This document shows positions 1 to 10,386 of a DNA stretch of 20,000 nucleotides, in pieces. Origin of the DNA: Dimargaris cristalligena (lineage: Eukaryota); NCBI GenBank assembly GCA_003614675.1, contig ML002230.1:48432-68431 (forward strand), given 5' to 3'. Below the pieces are notes generated by a model. That model had not been told where the DNA came from, ran no database searches, and was given only the letters and a program-made list of their open reading frames with translations. The number at the start of each line of letters is the position of its first letter. The stretch's first letter is position 1. The position numbers and the translations under genes are program-made.

Positions 1-306
1 ATGTTCAACCAGAAGACTAATTATAACTTCGCATCAAATTGTAATACAGTAAGCTTATACATTTAGTATTTAGTTCGATACGATAGACACAGGTAAAGAT
101 AATATTGCTAAAAAGTGTCTTAGCGATTCAAATCAAAGATGCGTTGAAACCAAGTAGCATAGCACGCTTGCGGTTGAATAGCTCGGGTATGGGGTTACAT
201 GAAGCGCATTTAATAGGTTGGAAAAAAATAGAACTGTAGAGGAACGGGCCACAGAAGAAAATGTCGAAAATCCCCAAGTCCGTTACGGTACATGTGCCGA
301 ACTATT

Positions 307-2669
307 TTAGGCAAAGTACTGGAGTGAAGTCTTCTTCTTGGCTTGGACCTCCTGGATGCCCTCCATAAAGTCTTCGTGGCAAAGCTGGGAGGCACCACGG
401 CGTAGGGCAATCATACCGGCTTCGACACATACTGCCTTGCATTGGGCTCCGTTGAACTCGTCACAGCAGCGGGACAGTTCCTCAAAGTTGACATCCGGTC
501 CGACGTTCATCTTACGCGAGTGAATCTGCAGAATACGGGCACGTGCTTCCTCATTCGGTAGGGGGAACTCAATCTTACGGTCCAACCGCCCCGAGCGCAA
601 GAGAGCTGGATCGAGAATATCAATCCGGTTGGTCGCCGCGATCACCTTAATGCGGTCGTCACTACCAAACCCGTCCAACTGGTTAAGAAGTTCTAACATA
701 GTACGTTGAACTTCACGATCGCCGCTCTTTTCCGAATCGAAACGCTTGGTACCGATGGCATCCAGTTCATCGATAAAAATGATCGAGGGGGCCTTTTCCT
801 TGGCCAATTCAAACGCGTCCCGAATTAATTTGGAACCATCGCCAATGAACATCTAGGGGGTTCATAATCATCCAAAAGTATTTAACCAAAAATAAACGCC
901 GAATGAGTCAACTGAGCAACAGGGGGTTTTCAAGGGTGGCAGAAGCGGTGGATCCTATAAAGAAGGGGTACACTTCTCAGCTCAGCAGTTCTAATAACCA
1001 GAATCGTAAGAACACCAAAGGAAAGCAGTCAAGGTGATAAAGGCCGGTATACTCCAGCCGCGCTCGTAGGGACCCTTAGACCCCGCAGGAGAACATAGAG
1101 CCGGTGTAACTTACCTGCACCAATTGGGGACCGGCCAGCTTGAGATATGTGGAGTTGGTCTGGGCGGCACAGGCACGCGCCAGGAGGGTTTTACCAGTAC
1201 CAGGTGGTCCGTACATGAGAGCTCCTATTGTAAGGGTATTTTAAATCACGGGGATGGATAATAATCATATAGAATGACCAAGTAAGAACTATGGTATATA
1301 AATAGGGATAGATAACGCGCAAGTATCATTGGTATTGGGCCAGAGTGCCGAGCACATTGTCCTATAATTATACAGCATTATCACAAAATTCAGGATTACC
1401 TTTCGGGGGTCGAATGCCCAGATTCTTGAATCGTTCGGCGTGGGTCATGGGGAGTACAATCGCTTCCACCAGTTCCTCAATCTGCTTATCCAGACCGCCA
1501 ATATCGGTATAGTCTTCGGTGGGCTTCTCGTCAACCTCCATCGCCTTGACACGGGAATCGTATCTACAGTGTAGAATGAGATGTAGATGGAACGGAATAG
1601 TGGCGAGAATATACAACAATAGGTCAGAGAAGCTGGGGATATGCAACAGCATTTTGATGCGGCTATGTTATCCGTCATCATGGGTCAAAGGTAGGTGTAA
1701 TAAATGCCACCAAGTAAATGCACTTACTCGGCGGGAAGCTTTTCCAGAATTAGGTAACTGTCCTTGTGAACACCGATGAGATCGCCGGCCTTGAGGTCCT
1801 CCGCCTCAACCAGCCCAATAAGAGGCAGGAAAATCGTCTAAAATCAGAAACCGTTATAGGATTAGCCAAATGTTAAACGGTAAAGGGTTAGCAGTGTACT
1901 TAAACATATACGCGTGGCGGGCCGATACGCTCAAAGCAAAACCAATGGCCACCAAATACTATCAAGGACGGACCGGACTGTTTAATCGGATAATGATTAC
2001 GTACCTGCCGGGTGGAAGTCTTGATCACAGCGCACTTGCCCTGCCGTTGGGAATCCAGGTCGACGTTGGCACCGTCATCGTCGTTATCGTCGGGATTCAT
2101 ATCGAGAATCTACGAACAGGATTCACATATAGGGTAAGGGTGATGGGGGTATAGAAGGATGGCTATTAGAGAATAGCAGATACGCATCGGTTAAACTGGG
2201 TAACCATTATGAACTGACTGCAAGTTTCGCGGAATACCTACCTCGACGACATTAGCAACTAGGTACGGTAGTTGCCGGTTCATGGCAATCTTCTGTTGGT
2301 TATCCTTGATCTTTTCAATCATGGCGCTCTTCTCGTGTTGAAGTCGGGACTGCTCGCTCTTCATAACCTAAGGGAGTTTGAACGCATTTCCAAATGTATA
2401 ATTATATCCAAAGCAAAACAGAATAAGGACAAGATTGCCAGGGGACCAATTCCCGGTAACGGGCTACGGTAAGTGATAGTCATCAACCAGGGTAGAAAAA
2501 CTAGAAAAGGACTCGAACGTACTCTAATCTCATTCTCAATGAGGCGGGTCCGGTTGCCAATGTCTTCGGTACTCGAACGGAGGATCTCGGCATCCAGATC
2601 TTCGAACTGGCCCCCGGTGGTAGATGAGCTGGCCTCGAGGGCCTTCTCCAGGGCGCTCTTTTCAGACAT
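307..2669 (-). CDS. RPT5: 26S proteasome regulatory AAA-ATPase subunit 6A (Rpt5/TBP-1), 435 aa. Exons: 2669-2523, 2367-2242, 2109-2005, 1837-1728, 1563-1400, 1224-1115, 852-307
   Basis: Six GT-AG introns join the exons into a 1308-nt open frame. Walker A GPPGTGKT, Walker [27 protein letters not shown]. Rpt5-diagnostic segments [33 protein letters not shown] and [14 protein letters not shown], and a C-terminal HbYX-like tail LQYFA. Confidence 0.97.
1624..1681 (-). ncRNA. Candidate intronic box C/D snoRNA (orphan) in RPT5 intron 4
   Basis: Sense strand has C box ATGATGA (1681-1675) and D box CTGA (1627-1624), 60 nt upstream of the acceptor. Flanks can pair (TGGTGGC 1712-1706 with GCCACTA 1604-1598). 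It is short, has no terminal stem and no convincing target. Confidence 0.3.
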
Positions 2670-3387
2670 GTTTAACTGTTTGAGAGGGGTGGATGCGAGA
2701 TGATACGAAGCGGATGAGTAGGAAATGAGTTGGGGTTGGAAAACAGACAATGATAGTTTAATTGAATGTGGATAAGGAGAAGGTGGAAGTCCGGCGTGGA
2801 ATCAATGTAGTGTCAATAGAAGGTAAGAGAAAGGGGGAGGGGTAGAAGTCGAAGATGGCAGCGAAACACGCACAAGTCAAAAGGTACCACGGGGGATAGG
2901 CGTAGTAGTTCTTTGGCCACGGTATATCCGCGGAGTTTATACTGGCTTATTAATGGCCTCCTCACACCCTCTGACTAAACATCGTTAATCTGCCACCCAA
3001 GCCACATATACTATGTCTACCGAGTGGTTGCGAGCAGTAACGACGCGTTACCAAGCTTTTGAGACCCGTCTAATGCCATCCATCAATAGCGAGGGCTGTA
3101 CGCTAATACTTGAGTACCATCTGACGAATGGCTGTTATGGTTTTGTACACTCCCTTGAATGGCGGTGTCTTAAAAGTGTCAGCAAAATTGCATATACTTG
3201 AATCGAGGTGGAGGTATTATATCAAATATAATATACCTAGAAACAGTGTTAAATTCAAGAAATATGGTCCTAAACTGTGGACTATAGCAATACCAAGATT
3301 GAGCCCTCCCAGCATCGTAACTGTCAAGTTATCATAGTAAAACAAGTGCTTTTTGTAATAATGTTAACCAAAAAACCTTTCCATGGC

Positions 3388-3460
3388 GGTTGAATAGTGT
3401 AGTTGGTTATCACACGGGATTCTGATTCCCGTGACCCGAGTTCGAATCTCGGTTCGACCT
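3388..3460 (+). tRNA. tRNA-Gln, anticodon CTG (reads CAG), intronless
   Basis: Acceptor stem GGTTGAA/TTCGACC, D arm GTG-TAGTTGGTTAT-CAC, anticodon arm CGGGA-TTCTGAT-TCCCG (CTG at 3422-3424), T arm CCGAG-TTCGAAT-CTCGG, discriminator T. Confidence 0.97.
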
Positions 3461-3462
3461 CA

Positions 3463-3478
3463 TTTTTTGATTTTTTTT
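3463..3478 (+). terminator. RNA polymerase III oligo-T terminator of tRNA-Gln
   Basis: T6 run at 3463-3468 and T8 run at 3471-3478, immediately downstream of the tRNA. Confidence 0.85.
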
Positions 3479-4342
3479 CTAATGGGGAAATATTTGTCGG
3501 TTGCACTATTTTAGCAGACGAATAGTCAAGTGAAACTCCCACAGGAGGCTACGTCCAGGTTCTTGGCGTAATTGCCGAGCCTTTTTATAGATGATCCAAT
3601 ATTGACAGTCTCATTTCACTTTTGCAGCTATACTGAGCAGACTGCTTCATCATCGCACACTATTGGATAACTCAATAAGGAGGCCAGTTATCTAGTGTGT
3701 TAAAAAAACGACAGAGGTATACCCAGCGGCTTGCGGTCAATCATAGCAAGACAAGTGACTTCAAACCCCCCCCCCCTCCCCCCGCTTTATATTCAAAGAC
3801 GGTCCATTTTGCAATCAAACATGGCGTACTCGAACTACACAAGATATATCAATTGATTTTTAATGTAACAGTCAGGAAATCAATGGTATGTATAAGAATA
3901 TATGCAGATATAAGACACCGGGATAACACAATAGAGTAGCTAAAATCAAAAGGGGTACTAATTATACAACGAAAAAAGATCTGAATATGAAAGGGCGGTT
4001 AAAGTGGCTAGTGCGAAGTAGAAATGTCGGAGGATGGTTATTATCATTCATCCGTTTGTATACCGCCAAACATGGGAAGTAGATGTAATGTCAGAGTCTT
4101 CAAACCTTGCGAACAGAGGGTAGATGGCGGGGAGTGGATGTAAGGTAACGAATAGCCCAGTATACTTGGGCTAAGAAATAAATAAAGCTCAAATGACAGC
4201 TAGCGTCAGAGGGTCAGGGGGGAAATAGTCGAACTATCCGCCTGAGAGGATAACAAACCGTATTACCAATAAGAAACTACTAATAAAGTTACAAAGATCC
4301 AAAATATAAATAAAAGTAAGATGAACTAAGGGGAAATCGGAG

Positions 4343-4358
4343 GAGAGAGAGAGAGAGA
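4343..4358. repeat. (GA)n microsatellite in the kinase 3' region
   Basis: About 8 GA units, read directly. Confidence 0.8.
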
Positions 4359-4694
4359 AGAAATAGGGAATACATGGATTATCCATAGGTCGTTGGGACC
4401 AAACGGGGTAGGTCATGTTGATGAAAAGAGCACAAATCTAGAAGCAATAAGTGAGAAGGAGCCCAGCAAGAAACGAAAAATGATAAAAATAAAACCCTAG
4501 AAGGATTTAATAGTAAACACGCCCCAGGAAACCCATCGAATAGGATTCAAAGGGTAAGACAGAAACGCAAGTCAAGCGATGGTAAACATGCTTGAAAGAG
4601 AAGAAACATACCTCGATAAGATAGGACTGCCTGCACAGAAACAGGGGAAATATTGAGATGAATTAATAAAAAAATATAAACGCAAACGGGCACA

Positions 4695-6976
4695 TCAAGT
4701 ACGGTTGCTACAGAAGCAGGGGCACAGCCAGGCGGTTTTCATCCTTAGACGCCCGCGCCACGTCCACGGTTGGGCGGACTGCGACAATTTACCGCCTTCG
4801 TTAAAGGCCTGCTCACAATGATGAAGGTTGTGGAAATGCGGGTCGGGCGGGGACCGGGTGGAGGAGTAGGACAGGGTGGACTGGGACGGGTTGGGATCAT
4901 AGTAGTTCGAGATGACTCGGTTGGGGGGCGGGGAGGTGATGACAGGAGGAGGGGACTGGACGGTCGGACTAGCTAGCCTCAGCGGGGGTTCCGAGATGGG
5001 CTGTAAGACCTCGGCCGTGGTGTTCCGAAAGGGCGTCTGGAGACTGTAATCCTGTAAAGAGGGAACGGTGAGCTCAGCCGGGGCATAGCCCAAGGGAACG
5101 TGCTGAAGACGCTGGAAGAAATCTGAATCATCGATATAATCGACGGCATCCCCCATGCCAGGGTCGCCAACCTCCTCGGGATCTTCGGCGGGCAATTCCG
5201 GCGGGGTTTGAAGATGCAAGACATCCCAGTCTAGGCCGTGGAAAAAGGGATGATTCTTGATGGCCGACAAATCACTATCACTGGCCGCCAGCCGTTGGAG
5301 GGGGTTTAGGACCTGGGTAAAATGTATGAAAATGTAGGCAAACAGATGATATATATATATATATTAATATGTAATTGTAATTAGAATACGAGATTGTAGT
5401 ATATATTATTGGTTGACCAGTCAGGGCTGTATACTTGATCGGGTGATGGTAGCAGCATCCCTGACCAGAGCAGCCCGAGTGAGGGGTAGAGTAAACTATG
5501 CAGGCTAATAATGCTCCTAGGAGGAGCCTTACTCCCGGGTTTCGGGCTATAACGTGGATCAGCACTTACCAGTAATCGAGTAACTAAATCGCGGGCCTCC
5601 GGGGAGAAGTGGTCGGGAATGGTGTACTCCAGGCGGATAATTTTTTGGAAAGTTTGGTATTCATTACTGCCTTTGAACGGGGGTTTGCCGGCGAGAAGTT
5701 GGTACAGAATACACCCAATGGCCCAAATGTCAGAGCTCCGCCCCACGGCCTTGTCAGTTAGAAGCTCGGGCGAGACGTACTCGGCGGTACCCACGAATGA
5801 ATTAGAGCGGGCGTCGGGGGCAGGTTCATTATCCATTAGCTTGGCGGTCCCGAAATCGGTGAGTTTGATGTGCATGTCCTGGCCCAGTAAAATATTTTCG
5901 GGTTTAAGGTCCCGGTGAACAACGTGCTTGTGATGCAGATACTCGACAGCCGTGATAATCTCGGCCATGTAAAAGCGGACACATGGTTCAGGGAGCTGGG
6001 TGAATCGTCGTATCAGAGCCAGCAGCTCGCCATTTTCGGCATAGTCGAGAACAAAATACAGGTTGGTGGAATCTTGGAATGCGTAATGTAGCCGCACAAT
6101 GAGGGGATGGCTCAGTCGACTGAGGGTGTTTTTCTCGATATTGACGTATTTGGTCTTCTTTTCCTTGATGATATGGCGCTTGTCCAGTATCTTGACGGCG
6201 TACCGCTGACCGTTGGTCTTGTCAGTACCGAGCATGACCTGCAAGGCGAGGAGGATATCACAATGGGCCACGAGTAGCCAGCGAGGGAAATAAAGGGGTA
6301 GCGTGATATAATTAGGACCATGGACTGCAATGAATTTGGCCAGTTGCATTTTGCGTGCCTACAAAAGACTGAGCGTCTGGTGGTACGTGTGACTATGATG
6401 CACACACTAATCGCCGAAGAAGCTGCGATGACACAAAGAAAGAAAAAAAGCGGAATGGACGAGGAAAACAAGAGAGGGGCGATAGTGCCATGGAAGAAGC
6501 TACGAAATAAACTCTCCAGGACACCCCCGCTTCCTACCATAATGAGATTGCCGGATAATATGCCCTGGGGGTGGACGGATACTTACGGTGGAGTAGGAGC
6601 CCTCGCCTAAAATGCGGCCAAAGGTGAAGTCCTTGACATTGCGCTTGGCAAGGGCCTTGGACGGGGTGGGGGATAGTGTGGTGGGCATGGGTGAGGACTG
6701 GGTCATGTCCATGGGGATGGGAGTGGAGGCGAAATAACCGCCGGAGGTGACGGGCACGGGTCGGAACGGCGGGGCGGCTTGGGAGGAGGTGGTGGTGGCC
6801 CGGCGTTGTAGGGGCACTCCTCCACTGGTTAAAGGACTGGTCGCTGCTACTGGGGAGTTGTTAGCGGACAAGGAATAGGCGGCCAGAAGATCCGTAGCAC
6901 GGGGTGAGGTCGAGGAGCCCCTGGAAAGGCCGACCGTCGAAGGCTGGTCCGGACGGGGTTGCGTTGGGAAGTCCAT
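4695..6976 (-). CDS. PDK1-family (Pkh/Ksg1-like) AGC Ser/Thr kinase, about 558 aa, no PH domain seen. Exons: 6976-6587, 6238-5570, 5312-4695
   Basis: DFTFGRILGEGSYST|V, YAVKILDKRHIIKEKKTKYVNIEK, HRDLKPEN, DFG, the PDK1-type activation loop RSNSFVGTAEYVSPE, and EYQTFQKII. Both introns are GTAAGT..CAG, phase 0. The start codon and 3' end are less certain than the kinase core. Confidence 0.93.
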
Positions 6977-7185
6977 CAGTAGGGGGGACGGACTCGCAGC
7001 CAGAGCGAAGAATAAAAGAGAAAGATATATAGATAAACTAGAGAAGATGCACAAGAATGGTTAGTTAAAGAGAAAGGAAGTAGGAGCAATAGAGGCAAGA
7101 CGCATAGATTGGAAAGAGAGAGAGAGAGAGACGGTGGAATGTACTACCCCTTCCCTAGTGCAAACCAAGTGGGACAGAGAAACAA

Positions 7186-7210
7186 CAATACAATACAATA
7201 CAATACAATA
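7186..7210. repeat. (CAATA)5 pentanucleotide repeat upstream of the kinase, with a (GA)n tract near 7115-7131
   Basis: Five perfect CAATA units. Confidence 0.85.
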
Positions 7211-10200
7211 GTAAAGGAAAGGAAAGCTGGGTACCCTAGGCGGGGCGATGTTGCTCTACTCTACTCTATTATAATTCAATGCCAGTGGTTATAGTGGCTT
7301 TGGCTCAGCCACTCTGGTAGTTAGCTGCCTAGTGATGACGAGTCTCTTTTGGCCTAGAGAGGAGTTCACTGTTGCTAACCCAAACCAAACCAAATTTAAC
7401 TTAACCTAATACCAGTCTATATATAACCAGTGGGGTTAGACGTTAGAATGCTAGTTGGATAAGTAGGAGTCCTCCTCCCTCATCGATTTGACGCACCTCG
7501 AGCCGTAAGCCCTGGAGGGACACCCACCACCATGACCTACTTGCGGGGGTTTCTCCAGTGTATGGACCTTTTCCAGATGCAGTGTGGAATTACGGTAGGC
7601 AATGAATACCGAGAGGGGCTGGGGACAGTCCATGTCGTCAAGGTGTATATACCATCCACCAACATTAGCAGAGAAAGAGAGTTCCCCCTAGTTCTATGCT
7701 GGCAGGACGTGGTAGCCACCTCTGTGACCAACCATTCAACTCCGGTTCATTGTTTAGCCAATGAGTCAATGAGCATCCCAGACAGTAGTAGAGGAGTGTA
7801 GCCGCGCCTCGCACAGATCCACTCAAGCGACGTTTACCAGCCCTCCTTTTGCGGCCTTGGTGAACCCAGTGCATTTTTGTCGCGCGCCATCATCTGTTGG
7901 TGTAATTAATTATCTATGCCAGCTCTTAACTACTGCTCGCTTCTAGCCGGCCAATAGAGTGGGCAACTAGCCAAGGGACCTCGACTGTGGTGGGCCTTTA
8001 GGATTATACCTTAGAAACGGGATACCAATCAACATATACATATAAGTGTTAATTGAGGCCAAGGGGAATAATCATCATCCAGTCAGTATAACCAACCGTA
8101 TAGGAGAGGGATTTAGCTATGCCCAAGACTATTAAAAACGGTCGACTCACTCCACCTTAAAACGGCTGGAAAAAAAGGGGGAATAACCTTCTAACCCAAC
8201 CCAGCCGCCATTTTTGAAAGATGGTACTTTTTTCTAGGAAAAGATATATGTACAAAAGCGATCTACCTCCCTATAAATAGGCAGCCGGTACACGATCACC
8301 CCCCCCCCCCTACCTGCAGGTCTATATTTCGTCCGCTTTATATTCCTCATGGGGATGCCACTCACTAGTGGCGGGAAAACAGCCCTCCTAGTAAGCAACC
8401 TAATGCCTAGAACCTAATCTATAACTCAGTCAAGAAGACATGTGTGCCTTTTCGGGAAGTGTCAACATGGCATAATATTCCCAGCGATATATACTATACT
8501 ACAAGAAAACGGACATGTAGATGCGGAGTACGTGTGAACAACCTGTGGCGAAACAAATTAGCAAACAGCTGGAAAATACTTGCAAACCATTAAATTACGA
8601 GAAAATCAACCCTATAACATTTTCTTCCAAACCCCCCAATCAATCAGGAACAACAACCATGAAGGCTTTAGAAATGGGCCGGTCTATGGATGGATGGGGT
8701 CACTTCCATTTCGAAGTATTGGTGCGGTTGTACAGCTAAAGCCACCACAAAAACACAGCATGTAACACCCTGGTGGGGGCGGTGTTCTTCCTAACATCTA
8801 ACAGCAACGTACTTGACAAGTAGTTTATTTTTTGGGTTGATAGATTCTATACTCTAGGCCATGTCAACTCCACTAAGCCCATCTGCCTAGATTCCGGAGG
8901 GGTATATACCGCATCCGCCGATCAAGCCGGACTGGCGATGGCATGACACATGAGGAGAAGGTCTTGGCTTGCACAAAAGAAGTGATACACTAGGGGGGAT
9001 AGTCCCCAACACTCGGGCGATCTTTCCATCAGATGGGGAAAGTCGGAGGTGCTTCAGCAGGATGAGAGGATATTCTGCACACTGGCCTAATCTCGCCCAC
9101 TGGGTAGGGTCGATGTTATCCATTTTTTTCTTTGAGTTTTTGCTTGTGTCAAATCCCAGGGTGGTTGTCGAGTTAGTAGACCCCATGGCGTACAGTACAG
9201 CACAGTTGGTTGAATGTGAGGAGACCCCAATGATTGCAAAATCCACACGACACTGGACGGTTTACCCAGGGAAAATTCACCGATGCCATTTTATTACAAC
9301 CAGGGTGGTTCGTTCTGGATATCGATGGCAATAAGATAATCATGGCATCTCGGAATTCATAAAGACCCGACTGACCGAACGTGAAGGCGGTGGCTATAGT
9401 AGGTAGAGGACCTTCGCGATTGGAATCCATTGATTAAGAAGACTATCTTGCTGGTGGAGGTGGACTGAGGCCCTCTATATGGGATGGAATGGCAGTATAA
9501 GTTCTCTTGATACTTGTTAAACCCCAAAAAGCCTCTTCCACTCGGGTCAAACTACTACTGATTGCCTCAACTCCACTTACATATGGGTGAAGTTCGGCTT
9601 GGCTGTATAAGGTTTTAACTGATGTGTGTATGGGAAAATCGGTGGGGTATGTTTTTCACCTAATAGTATTTGCCTTATCAAATGGATTTTTCATTTTACA
9701 GCCTGGTTGAACTGCTCCCGTATAGATAGGACTGGGTGGTGATTGGAAGGTCTCTAGGGCCAGTAAGTAGTGGCAATGGAGCCTCAGGGCATGGCGAGTA
9801 AAACGAAAAGGGCTGGTTTAATAAGACGACGGATGATTGTCGCCAATCGCTGGGCCAAGGCAATCTCAAGCAAGCACTACTGGATAAAGATACTCAACTA
9901 CTACTTACTCTCCTCATTTATACTTACTTGTAACAAATGGCCCTCCCTGGTAGTTATAATTTGCGCCTGAGTTCATGGATAATAAATAGGATTCGCGTGG
10001 ATTGCCGCTCCCCCACTGCGCTGCGTATGCAGGCCGGCCCCGTTGTTGGTCAGCACGCTTCGTTACTTGGCTTCTCATTTGGCTGCCCGCCCAATTTGCC
10101 GCTGCCCCGCATATACTCCAAATGTATACTAACCCTCTAGCCTAACCTTATCCCCTCTCCCTCCCTTTCCCTTCTCTTCCCTTACCTTAGCTTGACAAAC

Positions 10201-10386
10201 AACTAACTATACTGTTCGTTCGGTCTTTTCTGTTTGCTTATTTTCCGCTCTTTTATTTCCGCCATTCTCTCCATTTCTCTTCCATTCTCTTCCATTCCGC
10301 CTCGCACGATCCCCGTTCCTGGCCTTCCTTCATCTCGTCGACTATCCGCCCATCTGTCCGTCTTACACCCATACCAGAGTACTTTA

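Noticed and set aside
940..1020. TPP-riboswitch-like GGTG..CTGAGAA..TACCC in RPT5 intron 6 (- strand)
   Set aside because: The downstream ACCTGAT..GGATAAT..GCG half of the aptamer is missing, and the host gene is unrelated to thiamine.
2440..2490. TTGATGA plus CCCGTTACC (short 18S complementarity) in RPT5 intron 1
   Set aside because: No downstream CTGA D box in the intron.
4380..4700. Kinase TGA as a selenocysteine codon
   Set aside because: No convincing SECIS (ATGA core, apical AA, GA) downstream, and no redox context.
6977..7054. Hydrophobic signal-peptide-like N-terminal extension of the kinase in the ORF track
   Set aside because: It starts at TTG and translates a pyrimidine tract that looks like a UTR intron 3' end (ACTAAC..CTCTAG). 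The ATG at 6976 is the more plausible start.
7451..7890. Cluster of short overlapping ORFs upstream of the kinase
   Set aside because: No recognisable motif, no consistent frame or splice structure, and no transposase/RT signature or terminal repeats.
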